Shown piece by piece: positions 35,279 to 45,610 of a stretch of DNA of 64,000 nt. The position numbers were made by a program, and so were the translations under genes. Under the pieces are notes generated by a model. That model made no database searches. It was not told the DNA's origin and saw nothing but the letters and a program-made list of their open reading frames with translations. The stretch's first letter is position 1. The number at the start of each line of letters is the position of its first letter. This DNA is from Coriobacteriaceae bacterium (GTDB lineage: Bacteria > Actinomycetota > Coriobacteriia > Coriobacteriales > Coriobacteriaceae): the NCBI GenBank assembly GCA_036718335.1, contig DAIMBN010000003.1, forward strand, positions 1,862 to 65,861, written 5' to 3'.

Positions 35279-35983
35279 ATGCCCTATTACTATGGTTACG
35301 GCTTTGGCATCGACCCGCTGTACCTGCTGGTTGTTCTTGTTTGTACGGTGCTTGGCCTTGCTGCGCAGAGCTATATCAACTCGACGTACAAGACCTGGTC
35401 CAAGGTTCGTTCGGACGGCGACACGGGTGCCACGGTCGCTCGCCGCATGCTCGATGCCAACGGTTGTAGCGCCGTGGGTATCAAGGGTGTCGCTGGCGAG
35501 CTCACCGACCATTACAACCCGCAGGACAACAACCTGTATCTGTCGGATGCCAACCGTTCGGGCGGTTCGGTCGCAAGCGTTGCCGTCGCCTGCCACGAGG
35601 CGGGCCATGCCGCCCAGCGTCAAAGCGGCTATGCCATGATGAAAGTGCGTACCGCCCTCGTGCCGGTCGTCAACTTTACCCAGAACACCTGGACCATCGT
35701 GTTACTCTTGGGCCTGTTTATGAACATTGCCGGGCTCACGACCCTCGCGTTGATCTTCTTTTCGTTTAGTGTGCTGTTCCAACTCGTTACGTTGCCTGTC
35801 GAGATTGACGCCAGCCGACGTGCTGTGGCGTACATCGAGCAGTCGGGCATGAGCTCCAAGCAGGTCAACGGCGCCAAGAAGGTACTGACGGCAGCCGCGC
35901 TTACCTATGTGGCCGCAGCGCTCACTTCGATTATTCAGCTGCTCTACCTTATGGCTCGCTACAACAGAAACTCCAACCGATAA
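35279..35983 (+). CDS. Putative neutral zinc metallopeptidase (Zn_peptidase_2 family membrane protein)
   Basis: The MPYYYGYGFGIDPLYLLV start, the HEAGHA zinc motif and the C-terminal TM helices are typical of the YpjG-like family. Confidence 0.8.
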   Translation: MPYYYGYGFGIDPLYLLVVLVCTVLGLAAQSYINSTYKTWSKVRSDGDTGATVARRMLDANGCSAVGIKGVAGELTDHYNPQDNNLYLSDANRSGGSVASVAVACHEAGHAAQRQSGYAMMKVRTALVPVVNFTQNTWTIVLLLGLFMNIAGLTTLALIFFSFSVLFQLVTLPVEIDASRRAVAYIEQSGMSSKQVNGAKKVLTAAALTYVAAALTSIIQLLYLMARYNRNSNR

Positions 35984-36098
35984 CAAATTGGGTCACTGGG
36001 CGCCGCGGGGATTCGTGTCCCCGCGGCGCTGTACTATGTGTTGGACTTAATTTCGCACGGGGCCGAAGCCCTTGTGCACGATGACGAAAGGAGGCTGC

Positions 36099-37550
36099 GT
36101 GGCAGGCTGGAATCTAACCGGCAATGCCGTTTCCGCCGAGTTTGACGGTTCGGATGAGCAGGAGCGCAAGGAGCTCAGCGTGAGCCAGGCGGTGGAGATC
36201 GCCGCTGGTGCGCTCGATGCCATTCCGCAGCTGAGTGTCCTGGGCGAGGTCACGGGTTTCCGTGGTCCCAACGCCCGAAGCGGCCACTGCTACTTCCAGA
36301 TTAAAGACGACTCGGCCGCCGTCGACTGCATCATCTGGAAGGGCGCCTATCTCAAGCGTACCTTCGATCTGCGTGACGGCATGCAGGTGAGCTTTAAGGG
36401 CAGCTTCAACCTCTATAAGCCCACGGGTCGTATGAGCTTTGTCGCTCGCTCGTTTTCGCTGGCGGGGGAGGGTCTGCTGCGTCAACAAGTGGCGCAACTG
36501 GCCGAAAAGCTACGCCGCGAGGGCCTGATGGACGAAGCGCGCAAACGCCGCATCCCGGTGTTCTGCTCACGCGTGGCGGTTGTCACCTCGCTTTCCGGTG
36601 CGGTAATCGACGACGTCAAGCGTACGCTGCGCCGACGCAACCCGCTCGTCGAGCTCGTCTGCGTGGGCGCAAAGGTCCAGGGCGAGGGTGCGCCGACAGA
36701 GCTTATTGAAGGCTTGCGCCGCGCCGCTGCCATTACGCCAGCGCCCGACTGTATTTTGCTCGTGCGTGGTGGCGGTTCCTTCGAGGACCTCATGACCTTT
36801 AACGACGAGGAGCTTGCCCGCGCGGTGGCGGCTTGCCCTGTGCCCGTGGTGACCGGCATTGGCCATGAGCCCGATACCTCGATTTGCGACATGGTGAGCG
36901 ACCGCCGCGCCTCTACGCCCACGGCGGCGGCCGAATCGGTGGCGCCGGCCATGACGGAGTTGGCCGATGTGCTCGAGGCGCGCCATCAGCGTCTGGGTGC
37001 CGCGATGGCATCGATGATCGGGTCGGCCCAGGTCGATCTGGAAATGCTCGATCAGCGTGGCCGTCGTTCCTGGGATACCTATACGGCTCGCTTGGGCGAC
37101 GCGCTCGATGCGGCCGCATGCCGCCCGTGTCTCAACGACCCAACATTTATGGTCGAGCGTCGCGAATCGGAGCTTGCGCTGACTGCCGATCGCCTGTCGG
37201 GCGCCATAGCACGCTCGCTCGGGACATTCCGCTCCAACTTTGAGCGCCTGCCCGAGCGTCTGGTTGCAAGCACCTCGGGACTCGATGGCAAGCGCCATGC
37301 GCTCACGCTCGCAAGCTCCCGCCTGGAGCATCAGGGGCGCACGATGCTCAGCAAGCCAGCGTCCGACCTGGGCCGTGCAGCGGCTTCGCTCGATGCCCTG
37401 TCGCCGCTCAAGGTGCTTGCCCGCGGCTATTCCATCGCGTACAGCGTTGACGGCGTGGCTACAAGTGCCAAGACCTTTAAGCCGGGCGACGCCATTCGCG
37501 TGCGCATGGCAGACGGCAACGTGGCAGCAACGGTCAATACGGTCGAATAG
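36099..37550 (+). CDS. xseA: Exodeoxyribonuclease VII large subunit
   Basis: OB-fold N-terminus (LSVLGEVTGFRGPNARSGHCYFQIKD), catalytic core and a long coiled-coil C-terminus. The preferred start is GTG 36099, downstream of AAAGGAGG. The ORF is open from 36072. Confidence 0.85.
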   Translation: MAGWNLTGNAVSAEFDGSDEQERKELSVSQAVEIAAGALDAIPQLSVLGEVTGFRGPNARSGHCYFQIKDDSAAVDCIIWKGAYLKRTFDLRDGMQVSFKGSFNLYKPTGRMSFVARSFSLAGEGLLRQQVAQLAEKLRREGLMDEARKRRIPVFCSRVAVVTSLSGAVIDDVKRTLRRRNPLVELVCVGAKVQGEGAPTELIEGLRRAAAITPAPDCILLVRGGGSFEDLMTFNDEELARAVAACPVPVVTGIGHEPDTSICDMVSDRRASTPTAAAESVAPAMTELADVLEARHQRLGAAMASMIGSAQVDLEMLDQRGRRSWDTYTARLGDALDAAACRPCLNDPTFMVERRESELALTADRLSGAIARSLGTFRSNFERLPERLVASTSGLDGKRHALTLASSRLEHQGRTMLSKPASDLGRAAASLDALSPLKVLARGYSIAYSVDGVATSAKTFKPGDAIRVRMADGNVAATVNTVE

Positions 37551-37592
37551 ACCGCGTTTTACAGTGATAAACCTTTGGGAAAGGAAACAGCT

Positions 37593-37859
37593 ATGGCAGA
37601 GAAGACCCCGGTCGAGCAGCTTACGTACAAGCAGGCTTCGCAGGAGTTGGAGCTCATCATTCGCAGCTTGGAGTCGGGCGATATGGAGCTCGAGGAATCG
37701 CTCGAGAGCTATACCCGCGGCGTCGAGCTCCTCAAGAGCCTGCGCACCCGCCTGTCCGATGCCGAGCAGAAGGTCTCGGTGCTTCTTAAGGACGTTGACG
37801 GCAACGACGTGCTCGCCGACGGCGAAGCCGCCAACACGGACGACAACCTCTCGTTCTAA
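37593..37859 (+). CDS. xseB: Exodeoxyribonuclease VII small subunit
   Basis: LTYKQASQELELIIRSLESGDMELEESLESYTRGVELLK is the XseB signature. Confidence 0.85.
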   Translation: MAEKTPVEQLTYKQASQELELIIRSLESGDMELEESLESYTRGVELLKSLRTRLSDAEQKVSVLLKDVDGNDVLADGEAANTDDNLSF

Positions 37860-37908
37860 CCATCCCGACCAAATATAATTGCCTTGGTCTGTGAGAAAGG
37901 AACCAACC

Positions 37909-38244
37909 ATGTGCGATTGCATCTTCTGCAAAATTGCCAACCACGAGATCCCCTCGACCGTTGTCTATGAGGACGACCAGGTCATCGCCTTCGACGACCT
38001 CAATCCCCAGGCGCCGGTCCATACGCTCGTGATCCCCAAGAAGCACTACAGTGACATCGCCGACAACGTACCTGCCGAGACCATGGGCGCCATGGCTCAC
38101 GCCATCCAGGAGGTCGCTAAGGTCAAGGGCTTGGAGGACGGTTTCCGGGTCATCTCCAACAAGGGCGTCAACGCCGGCCAGACCGTCATGCACTTCCACA
38201 TGCACGTTCTCGGTGGCAAGAACCTGGGCGAGAACCTCATCTGA
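37909..38244 (+). CDS. HIT-family (histidine triad) protein
   Basis: MCDCIFCKI... and the HFHMHVLGG triad. Confidence 0.85.
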   Translation: MCDCIFCKIANHEIPSTVVYEDDQVIAFDDLNPQAPVHTLVIPKKHYSDIADNVPAETMGAMAHAIQEVAKVKGLEDGFRVISNKGVNAGQTVMHFHMHVLGGKNLGENLI

Positions 38245-38285
38245 GGACGCACAGCCCGTCGCCTTGGCTGCCTTTGGAGTAACCT

Positions 38286-39176
38286 ATGCAGCTTTCTCAA
38301 CTCGAATACCTTCAAGCGGTAGCGAACTACGGCGGCGTGCGCAAAGCGGCTCGCGCCGTTCACGTAAGCCCACAGGCCGTTTCGTCGGCAATCAAAAAGT
38401 TGGAATCTGAGTATCAGATTGTTTTGCTCGACCGATCGGCGGGGGAGGCTGTTTTGTCTCCGGCGGGCAGAGAATTTGCGCGTCGTGCACGCGTGATCCT
38501 GGCACAAGTCGACGATCTCAAAAAGTACACCCAATCGGGGAACGGCGGCGTTTCGCCCGACGGTCACTTTCGTCTTTACGCCCCCTGTCTTCACGGGCGA
38601 GGGCGTCTTTTTTCCGAAAACTGGTACGACTCGTTTGAAAGCTCGCACCCTCAGATTCACCTTGATGTTTGGCATCAGCCAACGGCCACATGCTTTGAAT
38701 CACTTGTGCTTGGCATTTCGGATGCGGCCATCTCATTTGAGGAACCAAGGGACAGCGTCCTTTCTTCGAAATACTTGGGTGAAAAGGAGCTCAAGGTTCT
38801 TTCGTGCCCAGCGGGTCATCAATCTGTGGATGCTATGACCGTTCGTGAGTTACTAGGCGGCAGGCTCGCTGTTCCAATTAATTTGTCACCCTGTCTCAAT
38901 GCAATCAATCAATGCCCCGAAGCCCAGCTGGTTAATTTCCGCTTTCGCGATGTCGAATACGGAAACAGGGCGCAGACTGAGTTTCTTCAAGCCGGGGGAT
39001 TGATATTGAGCTTTTCTGGCTCTTCTCTCGCATCAGATGGACTGGAAGTGAGCGAGTGTTTCATTGAAGGCTCGCATGACGTAGCCTTGCCCATCTACTT
39101 TTGCTATCGACAAAATGCCTGGACCGATCGACACCAGACGGTATTTCTTCACCTATTGCGTCACCTTGCTTCGTGA
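38286..39176 (+). CDS. LysR-family transcriptional regulator
   Basis: N-terminal HTH MQLSQLEYLQAVANYGGVRKAARAVHVSPQAVSSAIKKLE; about 296 aa. Confidence 0.85.
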   Translation: MQLSQLEYLQAVANYGGVRKAARAVHVSPQAVSSAIKKLESEYQIVLLDRSAGEAVLSPAGREFARRARVILAQVDDLKKYTQSGNGGVSPDGHFRLYAPCLHGRGRLFSENWYDSFESSHPQIHLDVWHQPTATCFESLVLGISDAAISFEEPRDSVLSSKYLGEKELKVLSCPAGHQSVDAMTVRELLGGRLAVPINLSPCLNAINQCPEAQLVNFRFRDVEYGNRAQTEFLQAGGLILSFSGSSLASDGLEVSECFIEGSHDVALPIYFCYRQNAWTDRHQTVFLHLLRHLAS

Positions 39177-39295
39177 GGCCATTTGGCCTCGTGGCGTCAA
39201 GTGAATGTTGACGCCTTATAACACATGACTGACGGCTCTGCCCTCATGCTTTTCCAAGATTCCGATTTAGATTGCTGACTCTTGGAGGGCGGAGT

Positions 39296-40456
39296 ATGAA
39301 AAACCGTACGGTTTTGCTTTATATGACGTTCGTTTTTCTGTCGAACTTCAGCACCATTTTGTATTTTCTGACGGTTTACCTTGAATTTGTCGGATTCTCG
39401 ATGGTGGCGATTTCTAGCATGATGATTGCATATCAAGTGAGCAAGTTCATCCTTGAAGTTCCCACTGGCTATATTGCTGATAGGTTTGGACGAAAGACAA
39501 GCGGTCTCGTTGGCGTCGTGGGAATGCTTGGATACTACGCCGCCCTGCTTTTCGTCCGTTCTCCTCTGCTTTTAATCGGCGCGTTTGCTCTCAAGGGTTT
39601 TGCCGTTGCATGTGTGAGCGGATCCATAGAAGCAATTTACATTGACAGTGTCTCTCAGGACCAGCTCGTAAGACTTAATGTCGTTGAGCGATTTGTTTTC
39701 TATGCCTCTTATGCCATCTCCGCTTGTGCGGGCGGTTTCATTTCGTCTGTCGGTGCATATCTCATTGGTCTTTCGGCAGATATCATCGCAATGGTGTTGA
39801 CGTTGGTTGTCGTTGTCTGCATTCCTGAGATGCGAAGAGGGGGCACTGCGGCGACACCTGAGCGTGGAATTAGCCCGAAGACGATCGGAGCCGCTATTGC
39901 GTACAATCGCATTCTTCGTTCGGCGTTCATCATGGACTGTTCTCAGGCGTTTGCTTTTGTCGCCCTGGAAGACTTTTTCTCACTGCTGCTTGCGGGTCGC
40001 GGAATGAATGCCGTCGCTTCGGGTGTGACCATTGCGGTCCAGCTCCTTGCCTCGGCCTCCATGGGGCTTATTGTGCCCAATGTGATTGCTCATGTCGACA
40101 AGGGCCGTTTTGCGCGTATTTGCGGCATTGTGCGCCTTTCCCTGACTGCCCTGTTTTTGATTCCCCTTACTCCGGCTAATTTGCTGCCCGTGTTCTATGT
40201 GCTGCAGACGGTTGCGTACTCGTTGTTTGCCCCAATCAAATACTCAGTTTTTCAAAATGCTGCCGATTCTTCGATGCGCTGTTCACTGATTTCGGTTCAA
40301 AGCCAGATGGTGGCGGTGGGTGCCGTTCTTTTCTATCTGCTCAACGCTGTGTTGAGTAGCGTTGCAGGCATTCGAGTCGTATTGCTTGTTGCGCTCGGGA
40401 TTTCTTCCTTGGTGTATATCCCCGCGCTCTTTCGTCTTACAAGTCAAAGGCCGTGA
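39296..40456 (+). CDS. MFS transporter
   Basis: About 12 TM segments, with the conserved loop GYIADRFGRK between TM2 and TM3. GGAGGG lies upstream of ATG 39296. Confidence 0.8.
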   Translation: MKNRTVLLYMTFVFLSNFSTILYFLTVYLEFVGFSMVAISSMMIAYQVSKFILEVPTGYIADRFGRKTSGLVGVVGMLGYYAALLFVRSPLLLIGAFALKGFAVACVSGSIEAIYIDSVSQDQLVRLNVVERFVFYASYAISACAGGFISSVGAYLIGLSADIIAMVLTLVVVVCIPEMRRGGTAATPERGISPKTIGAAIAYNRILRSAFIMDCSQAFAFVALEDFFSLLLAGRGMNAVASGVTIAVQLLASASMGLIVPNVIAHVDKGRFARICGIVRLSLTALFLIPLTPANLLPVFYVLQTVAYSLFAPIKYSVFQNAADSSMRCSLISVQSQMVAVGAVLFYLLNAVLSSVAGIRVVLLVALGISSLVYIPALFRLTSQRP

Positions 40457-40576
40457 GTATTTGGACATCGATAACTTATATATCAACGCAATAAACCCGA
40501 GCGCGAGGGCGTTTGGGTTTATTATTGAAACGTATGTAACCTGGCGGCGCCACACCGCCTGTTAGTAGGGAGACAC

Positions 40577-41755
40577 ATGAACGTTCTGGTCGTCAACGCA
40601 GGATCTTCGACCCTTAAGTATCAGGTCATCGATACCAAGTCCCACAAGGTGTCCGCAAAGGGCTCCTGCGAGCGCGTCTGCTTTACCGGCGGTACCTTCA
40701 CCCACGCTGCCAACGGTTCCAAGAAGGTGACCGAGAACATCGAGTTCCCCGACCACAAGGTCGCCATCGAGGTCGTCCTGAAGGACCTCGAGGCCAACGG
40801 CGTCAAGATCGAGGGCATTGGTCACCGTATCGTTCAGGGCGGCTGGTACTTTGGTGATTCCTCCCTCGTCGACGAGGACGTCCTCGCCAAGATCCGCGAG
40901 GTTGCCCCGCTGGCGCCGCTGCACAACAACCCCGAGGCCAACGTTATCGAGTACTGCCTGGAGCAGTATCCCGATCTGCCCAACGTTACGGTCTACGACA
41001 CCGCTTTTCACTTCAACATGCCCGAGGTTGCCAAGACCTACGCCCTTCCCAAGGATGTTTGCGACAAGCTGCACATCCGTAAGTACGGCGCCCACGGCAC
41101 CAGCTATCGCTACATCTCCAAGAAGGTCGCCGAGATGACCAGCGGCGAGGCCCGCAAGGTCGTCGTGTGCCACATCGGCTCTGGTGCCTCCCTGTGCGCC
41201 ATCGAGGACGGCAAGTGCATGGATACCACCATGGGCCTCACCCCGCTCGACGGCGTCATGATGGGCACCCGCTGCGGCTCCATTGACCCGGCTACCGTGT
41301 GCTACCTGCAGCGCGAGGGTGGCTACACCTTCGACGAGGTCGACGAGATGATGAACAAGAAGTCCGGTCTTTTGGCTGTGACCGGTGGCAAGACCAACGA
41401 CTGCCGCAACGTCGAGGAGCTCGCCGCCGCTGGCGACCCCGAGGCTCAGCTCGCCTTCGACATGTTCGTCTACAAGATTGCCGCCAAGGCTGCCGAGATG
41501 GCCACTTCCATGTGCGGCATGGACACGCTGGTCTTCACCGCCGGCATCGGTGAGCACGCTCCGGCCGTTCGCGCCGGCGTTGCCGACCGTCTGGCCTTTA
41601 TGGGCGTCAAGATGGACCATGCCCGTAACGCCCTGCGTGGCGACGGCGCTTGGTGCCTGTCTGCCAAGGATTCCAAGGTCAAGATCTTTGTCATCCCCAC
41701 GGACGAGGAGTTCATGATCGCTTCCGACGTCGAGCGCATCGTCAACGGCAAGTAA
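40577..41755 (+). CDS. ackA: Acetate kinase (paralog 1)
   Basis: MNVLVVNAGSSTLKYQ, GHRIVQGG, KYGAHGTS and TAGIGE motifs; 392 aa. Confidence 0.9.
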   Translation: MNVLVVNAGSSTLKYQVIDTKSHKVSAKGSCERVCFTGGTFTHAANGSKKVTENIEFPDHKVAIEVVLKDLEANGVKIEGIGHRIVQGGWYFGDSSLVDEDVLAKIREVAPLAPLHNNPEANVIEYCLEQYPDLPNVTVYDTAFHFNMPEVAKTYALPKDVCDKLHIRKYGAHGTSYRYISKKVAEMTSGEARKVVVCHIGSGASLCAIEDGKCMDTTMGLTPLDGVMMGTRCGSIDPATVCYLQREGGYTFDEVDEMMNKKSGLLAVTGGKTNDCRNVEELAAAGDPEAQLAFDMFVYKIAAKAAEMATSMCGMDTLVFTAGIGEHAPAVRAGVADRLAFMGVKMDHARNALRGDGAWCLSAKDSKVKIFVIPTDEEFMIASDVERIVNGK

Positions 41756-41767
41756 TTGCAAGAGGGG

Positions 41768-41806
41768 AGGGGCTGGACGACCAAGTGCCGTTCAGCCCCT
41801 CTTTTG
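41768..41806 (+). terminator. Intrinsic terminator between the two kinase genes
   Basis: AGGGGCTG ... CAGCCCCT CTTTTG. Confidence 0.55.
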
Positions 41807-41919
41807 CGCTCGTTGGGCGATATGCCTGATAGTTATTTATTAAGTTGTGATAACTTCTTATTAACATGCGGCCGCCTTAAGGGGTCTGCGTCGACCGTAT
41901 TGCACTGCAAAGGAGTCTC

Positions 41920-43098
41920 ATGAACGTACTTGTTGTCAACGCCGGCAGCTCAAGCCTTAAATATCAGCTTTTGGATACCGATACCCGCGAGGTTTTCGCC
42001 AAGGGCAACTGCGAACGTATCGGTTCGGACATGGGCATCTTTGGCCACTCCGAGAACGGTGGCGCCAAGCAGACCGAGGAGGTCCCTTTCCCCGATCATC
42101 GCTCTGCTATCGCTCGCGTGCTCGAGGGGCTCGAGAAGACCGACTTTACGATCGATGGCATTGGCCATCGTATCGTTCAGGGCGGCTGGCACTTCGATGA
42201 TTCCGCGGTCGTCGACGATGAGGTCATGGCTAAGATCCTTGAGGTGGCCCCGCTCGCTCCGCTGCACAATTACGGCGAGGCCGCGGCAATCGAATATTGC
42301 CGCGAGAAGTATCCTGAGCTGCCCAACGTGGCCGTCTTCGACACCTCGTTCCACATGACCATGCCCGAGGTCGCCTACACCTACGCGCTGCCCAAGGACG
42401 TGTGCGACAAGTACCACGTGCGCAAGTACGGCGCACACGGTACGAGCCACCGCTACGAGTGGATGATGGCCAAGGAGATCCTGGGCTCGCGCTGCCACCG
42501 TCTGCTTTCGTGCCATCTGGGCAACGGTGCTTCGCTTGCCGCCATTGAGGACGGCGTGTGCCGCGATACCACGATGGGCCTCACGCCGCTTGACGGCCTG
42601 ATGATGGGCACCCGTTGTGGTTCCATTGACCCGGCCACCGTGTGCTACCTGCAGCGCGAGGGCGGCTACAGCTACCAGGAAGTCGACGACATGATGAACA
42701 AGCAGTCCGGCCTGCTTGCCATTTCGGGCATCTCCAACGACGCCCGCGACATCCGCACGCGCGCCTCCGAGGGAGATGAGCGCTGCCTGCTCGCCTTCGA
42801 TATGTTTGCCTACAAGGCTATGCAGCAGGCCGGCTCCATGATCGCCTCCATGGCGGGCGTGGATACCATCACCTTTACCGCCGGCATCGGCGAGAACGAC
42901 TGGTCGATTCGCAAGGCCTTCTGCGACTGCTTTGAGTGGCTGGGCGTGCGCATCGACAATAACAAGAACCGCGAGGCCGTGGGCAACGGCCCGCAGGTCA
43001 TCAGCGCCGCCGGTTCCGCCGTCACGGTCATGGTCATCCCCACCGACGAGGAATACATGATCGCCCACGACGTCGAGCGTCTGACCAAGAACAACTAA
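41920..43098 (+). CDS. Acetate/propionate-family kinase (paralog 2)
   Basis: Same length and motifs as paralog 1 and roughly 60 % identical by eye. It has its own AT-rich upstream region. Confidence 0.85.
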   Translation: MNVLVVNAGSSSLKYQLLDTDTREVFAKGNCERIGSDMGIFGHSENGGAKQTEEVPFPDHRSAIARVLEGLEKTDFTIDGIGHRIVQGGWHFDDSAVVDDEVMAKILEVAPLAPLHNYGEAAAIEYCREKYPELPNVAVFDTSFHMTMPEVAYTYALPKDVCDKYHVRKYGAHGTSHRYEWMMAKEILGSRCHRLLSCHLGNGASLAAIEDGVCRDTTMGLTPLDGLMMGTRCGSIDPATVCYLQREGGYSYQEVDDMMNKQSGLLAISGISNDARDIRTRASEGDERCLLAFDMFAYKAMQQAGSMIASMAGVDTITFTAGIGENDWSIRKAFCDCFEWLGVRIDNNKNREAVGNGPQVISAAGSAVTVMVIPTDEEYMIAHDVERLTKNN

Positions 43099-43120
43099 CG
43101 CTCGCATTTGCAAGTAAACG

Positions 43121-43155
43121 AAAGGCCTCCAGAGCAACAGCTCCGGAGGCCTTTT
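43121..43155. terminator. Bidirectional terminator between kinase paralog 2 and pta
   Basis: AAAGGCCTCCAGAG CAAC AGCTCCGGAGGCCTTTTG. Confidence 0.7.
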
Positions 43156-43195
43156 GCTAGCGGGCGGAAATTCCTGTCCCGAGGGGATATGTACG

Positions 43196-44176
43196 CTACT
43201 CAGCCATCTGAGCCTGGACGGCGGTGATGGCTACGACACCCACGATGTCGTCGGCAGAGCAGCCGCGCGAAAGGTCGTTGACCGGCTTGGCGATGCCCTG
43301 CAGGATGGGGCCGTAAGCGTCGGCGCCGGCGAAGCGCTGGACCAGCTTGTAGCCGATGTTGCCGGCCTCGAGATCGGGGAACACAAGCACGTTGGCCTTG
43401 CCGGCAACGGAGGAGCCGGGGGCCTTGAGCTGGGCGACGGTGGGAACGATGGCGGCGTCGAGCTGCAGGTCGCCATCGATGGCGAGCTCGGGAGCCTTCT
43501 CCTTGCAGAACTTAACGGCCTCCTGGACCTTCTTGGCGACCTCGCCGCCGGCGGAGCCCATGGTGGAGTAGGAGAGCATGGCCACGTGCGGCTCGACGCT
43601 GCCCATAAAGGTGGACCAGGAGTGAGCGGAGGCGATGGCGATCTCGGAGAGCTCGTCGGAGGACGGGTTGATGTTGAGGCCGCAGTCGGCGAAGATCAGC
43701 GTACCGTCGGTGCCGAACTGCGGGGTGTCGGTGCACATCACGAAGAAGGCCGAGACCAGCTTGGTACCCGGGGCGGTCTTAAGGATCTGCAGCGCGGGGC
43801 GCAGGGTGTCGGCGGTGGAGTGGCAGGCGCCGGAGACCAGGCCGTCGGCGTCACCCATCTTGACCATCATGGTGCCAAAGTAGGTGGCGTCCATCACCTG
43901 GGCGCGAGCCTGCTCGATGGTGACGCCCTTCTTGGCGCGGAGCTCGGCAAACTTCTGCGCGTACTCCTCGTGCTTCTCGGCATTGCGCGGATCGATGACG
44001 GTGGCGCCGGGAACGTTGATCTCGTCGGGGTTGCCCAGGATGACGATCTTTGCCAGGCCCTCCTCGATGATCTTGGTGGCCGCGACGATGGTGCGCGGAT
44101 CCTCGCCCTCGGGCAGGACGATCGTCTTAAGGTCGGCCTTGGCGGCAGACTTCATACGGTTAAGGAAATCGCTCAT
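43196..44176 (-). CDS. pta: Phosphate acetyltransferase
   Basis: 326 aa. MSDFLNRMKSAAKADLKTIVLPEGEDPRTI... is the short Pta form. Confidence 0.9.
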   Translation of the reverse strand: MSDFLNRMKSAAKADLKTIVLPEGEDPRTIVAATKIIEEGLAKIVILGNPDEINVPGATVIDPRNAEKHEEYAQKFAELRAKKGVTIEQARAQVMDATYFGTMMVKMGDADGLVSGACHSTADTLRPALQILKTAPGTKLVSAFFVMCTDTPQFGTDGTLIFADCGLNINPSSDELSEIAIASAHSWSTFMGSVEPHVAMLSYSTMGSAGGEVAKKVQEAVKFCKEKAPELAIDGDLQLDAAIVPTVAQLKAPGSSVAGKANVLVFPDLEAGNIGYKLVQRFAGADAYGPILQGIAKPVNDLSRGCSADDIVGVVAITAVQAQMAE

Positions 44177-44407
44177 GTTACTCCTTACAAGCGTTTCACT
44201 AAGCTCCAGGCGCCCGGCTGTTCACGAATAAACCCGCTGCTAGCGGGTTTACCTTTCAATTATGTACGCCGCGGTGCTTGAGCTTTCCTTGTGTGGCAAG
44301 CTCATTATAGGACGCATTAGCGCTATAATCGCTCTGATAAATATGTCTCGAAGAATGTTCGAGAAAAGCCCAGCTAACGAGCCCGTGGCTTTTGACAAGG
44401 AGTATCG

Positions 44408-45610
44408 ATGCAGATTACCTCAGGCCTGCCTGAAGGCTTTAACGCCGGCGCGTACGACATGATTGTCGTCGGTGCTGGATATGCCGGTGCCGTTTGCGCC
44501 CGCCGTCTTGCCGAGACCATCGGCTATCGTGTTGCCGTTTTGGAGCGCCGTAGCCACATTGCGGGCAATGCCTATGACTGCACTGACGAGGCCGGAATCC
44601 TGATCCACGAGTACGGTCCGCATATCTATCACACCTTTAACGAGCGCGTGCACAATTTCCTGTCGCGCTTTACCAAGTGGACGGATTATCAGCACAAGGT
44701 GCTCGCCAACATCAACGGCACCCTTATGCCCGTGCCCTTCAACCACGCGAGTCTCAAGCTCGCCTTTGGTGACGAGCGCGGCGAGGAGCTGTATCAGAAG
44801 CTCGTGGAGACCTTTGGCAAGGATGTCAAGGTGCCCATTATGGAGCTGCGTAAGAAGAACGACCCCGACTTGGCCGAGGTCGCTGATTACGTCTACGAGA
44901 ACGTCTTTTTGCATTACACCATGAAGCAGTGGGGCCAGACGCCCGATCAGATCGATCCCTCGATCACCGGCCGCGTTCCCGTCTTTGTGGGCGATGATGA
45001 CCGCTACTTCCCGCAAGCTCCCTTCCAGGGCATGCCGCAGGAGGGCTACACGGCGCTCTTTGAGCACATGCTCGACCACGACCTGATCGACGTGTTCTGC
45101 GACGTGGACGCCCGCGATCTCTTTGAGATCGACGAGACCACCGTCAAGATCGACGGCAAGGTCTATGGTGGCGAGATTGTCTACACCGGTCCGCTCGATG
45201 AGCTGTTCAATCTCGATCTGGGCGCGCTACCGTACCGCACGCTCGACATGAAGTTCGAGACGCTCGATATGGACCAGTTCCAGCCCGTGGGTACCGTCAA
45301 CTACACCACGAGCGAGGACTACACGCGCATTACCGAGTTCAAGAACATGACCGGTCAGATCCTGCCCGGCAAGACCACCATCATGAAGGAGTATTCCAAG
45401 GCCTATACGCCCGGCTCGGGCGAGACGCCGTACTACGCCATTCTTGAGCCCGAGAACCGTGAGCTCTATGAGCGCTATCTTGAGCGCGTCCAGAACCTGA
45501 CGAACTTCCACCCGGTGGGTCGTCTGGCCGAGTATCGTTACTACGATATGGACGCTGTGACCAATTCCGCCCTCGATCTTTCGGATGAGATTATCGCCTG
45601 CCATGCATAA
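44408..45610 (+). CDS. glf: UDP-galactopyranose mutase
   Basis: FAD motif DMIVVGAGYAGAVCA, the HIYHT region and YRYYDMD near the C-terminus. AAGGAG lies upstream. Confidence 0.85.
   Translation: MQITSGLPEGFNAGAYDMIVVGAGYAGAVCARRLAETIGYRVAVLERRSHIAGNAYDCTDEAGILIHEYGPHIYHTFNERVHNFLSRFTKWTDYQHKVLANINGTLMPVPFNHASLKLAFGDERGEELYQKLVETFGKDVKVPIMELRKKNDPDLAEVADYVYENVFLHYTMKQWGQTPDQIDPSITGRVPVFVGDDDRYFPQAPFQGMPQEGYTALFEHMLDHDLIDVFCDVDARDLFEIDETTVKIDGKVYGGEIVYTGPLDELFNLDLGALPYRTLDMKFETLDMDQFQPVGTVNYTTSEDYTRITEFKNMTGQILPGKTTIMKEYSKAYTPGSGETPYYAILEPENRELYERYLERVQNLTNFHPVGRLAEYRYYDMDAVTNSALDLSDEIIACHA

Noticed and set aside
38286-40456. LysR regulator plus MFS transporter block as a second foreign island
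   Set aside because: G+C is only moderately lower than the surroundings. There are no mobility signatures, and a LysR-MFS pair is a very common native arrangement. I do not consider it noteworthy.
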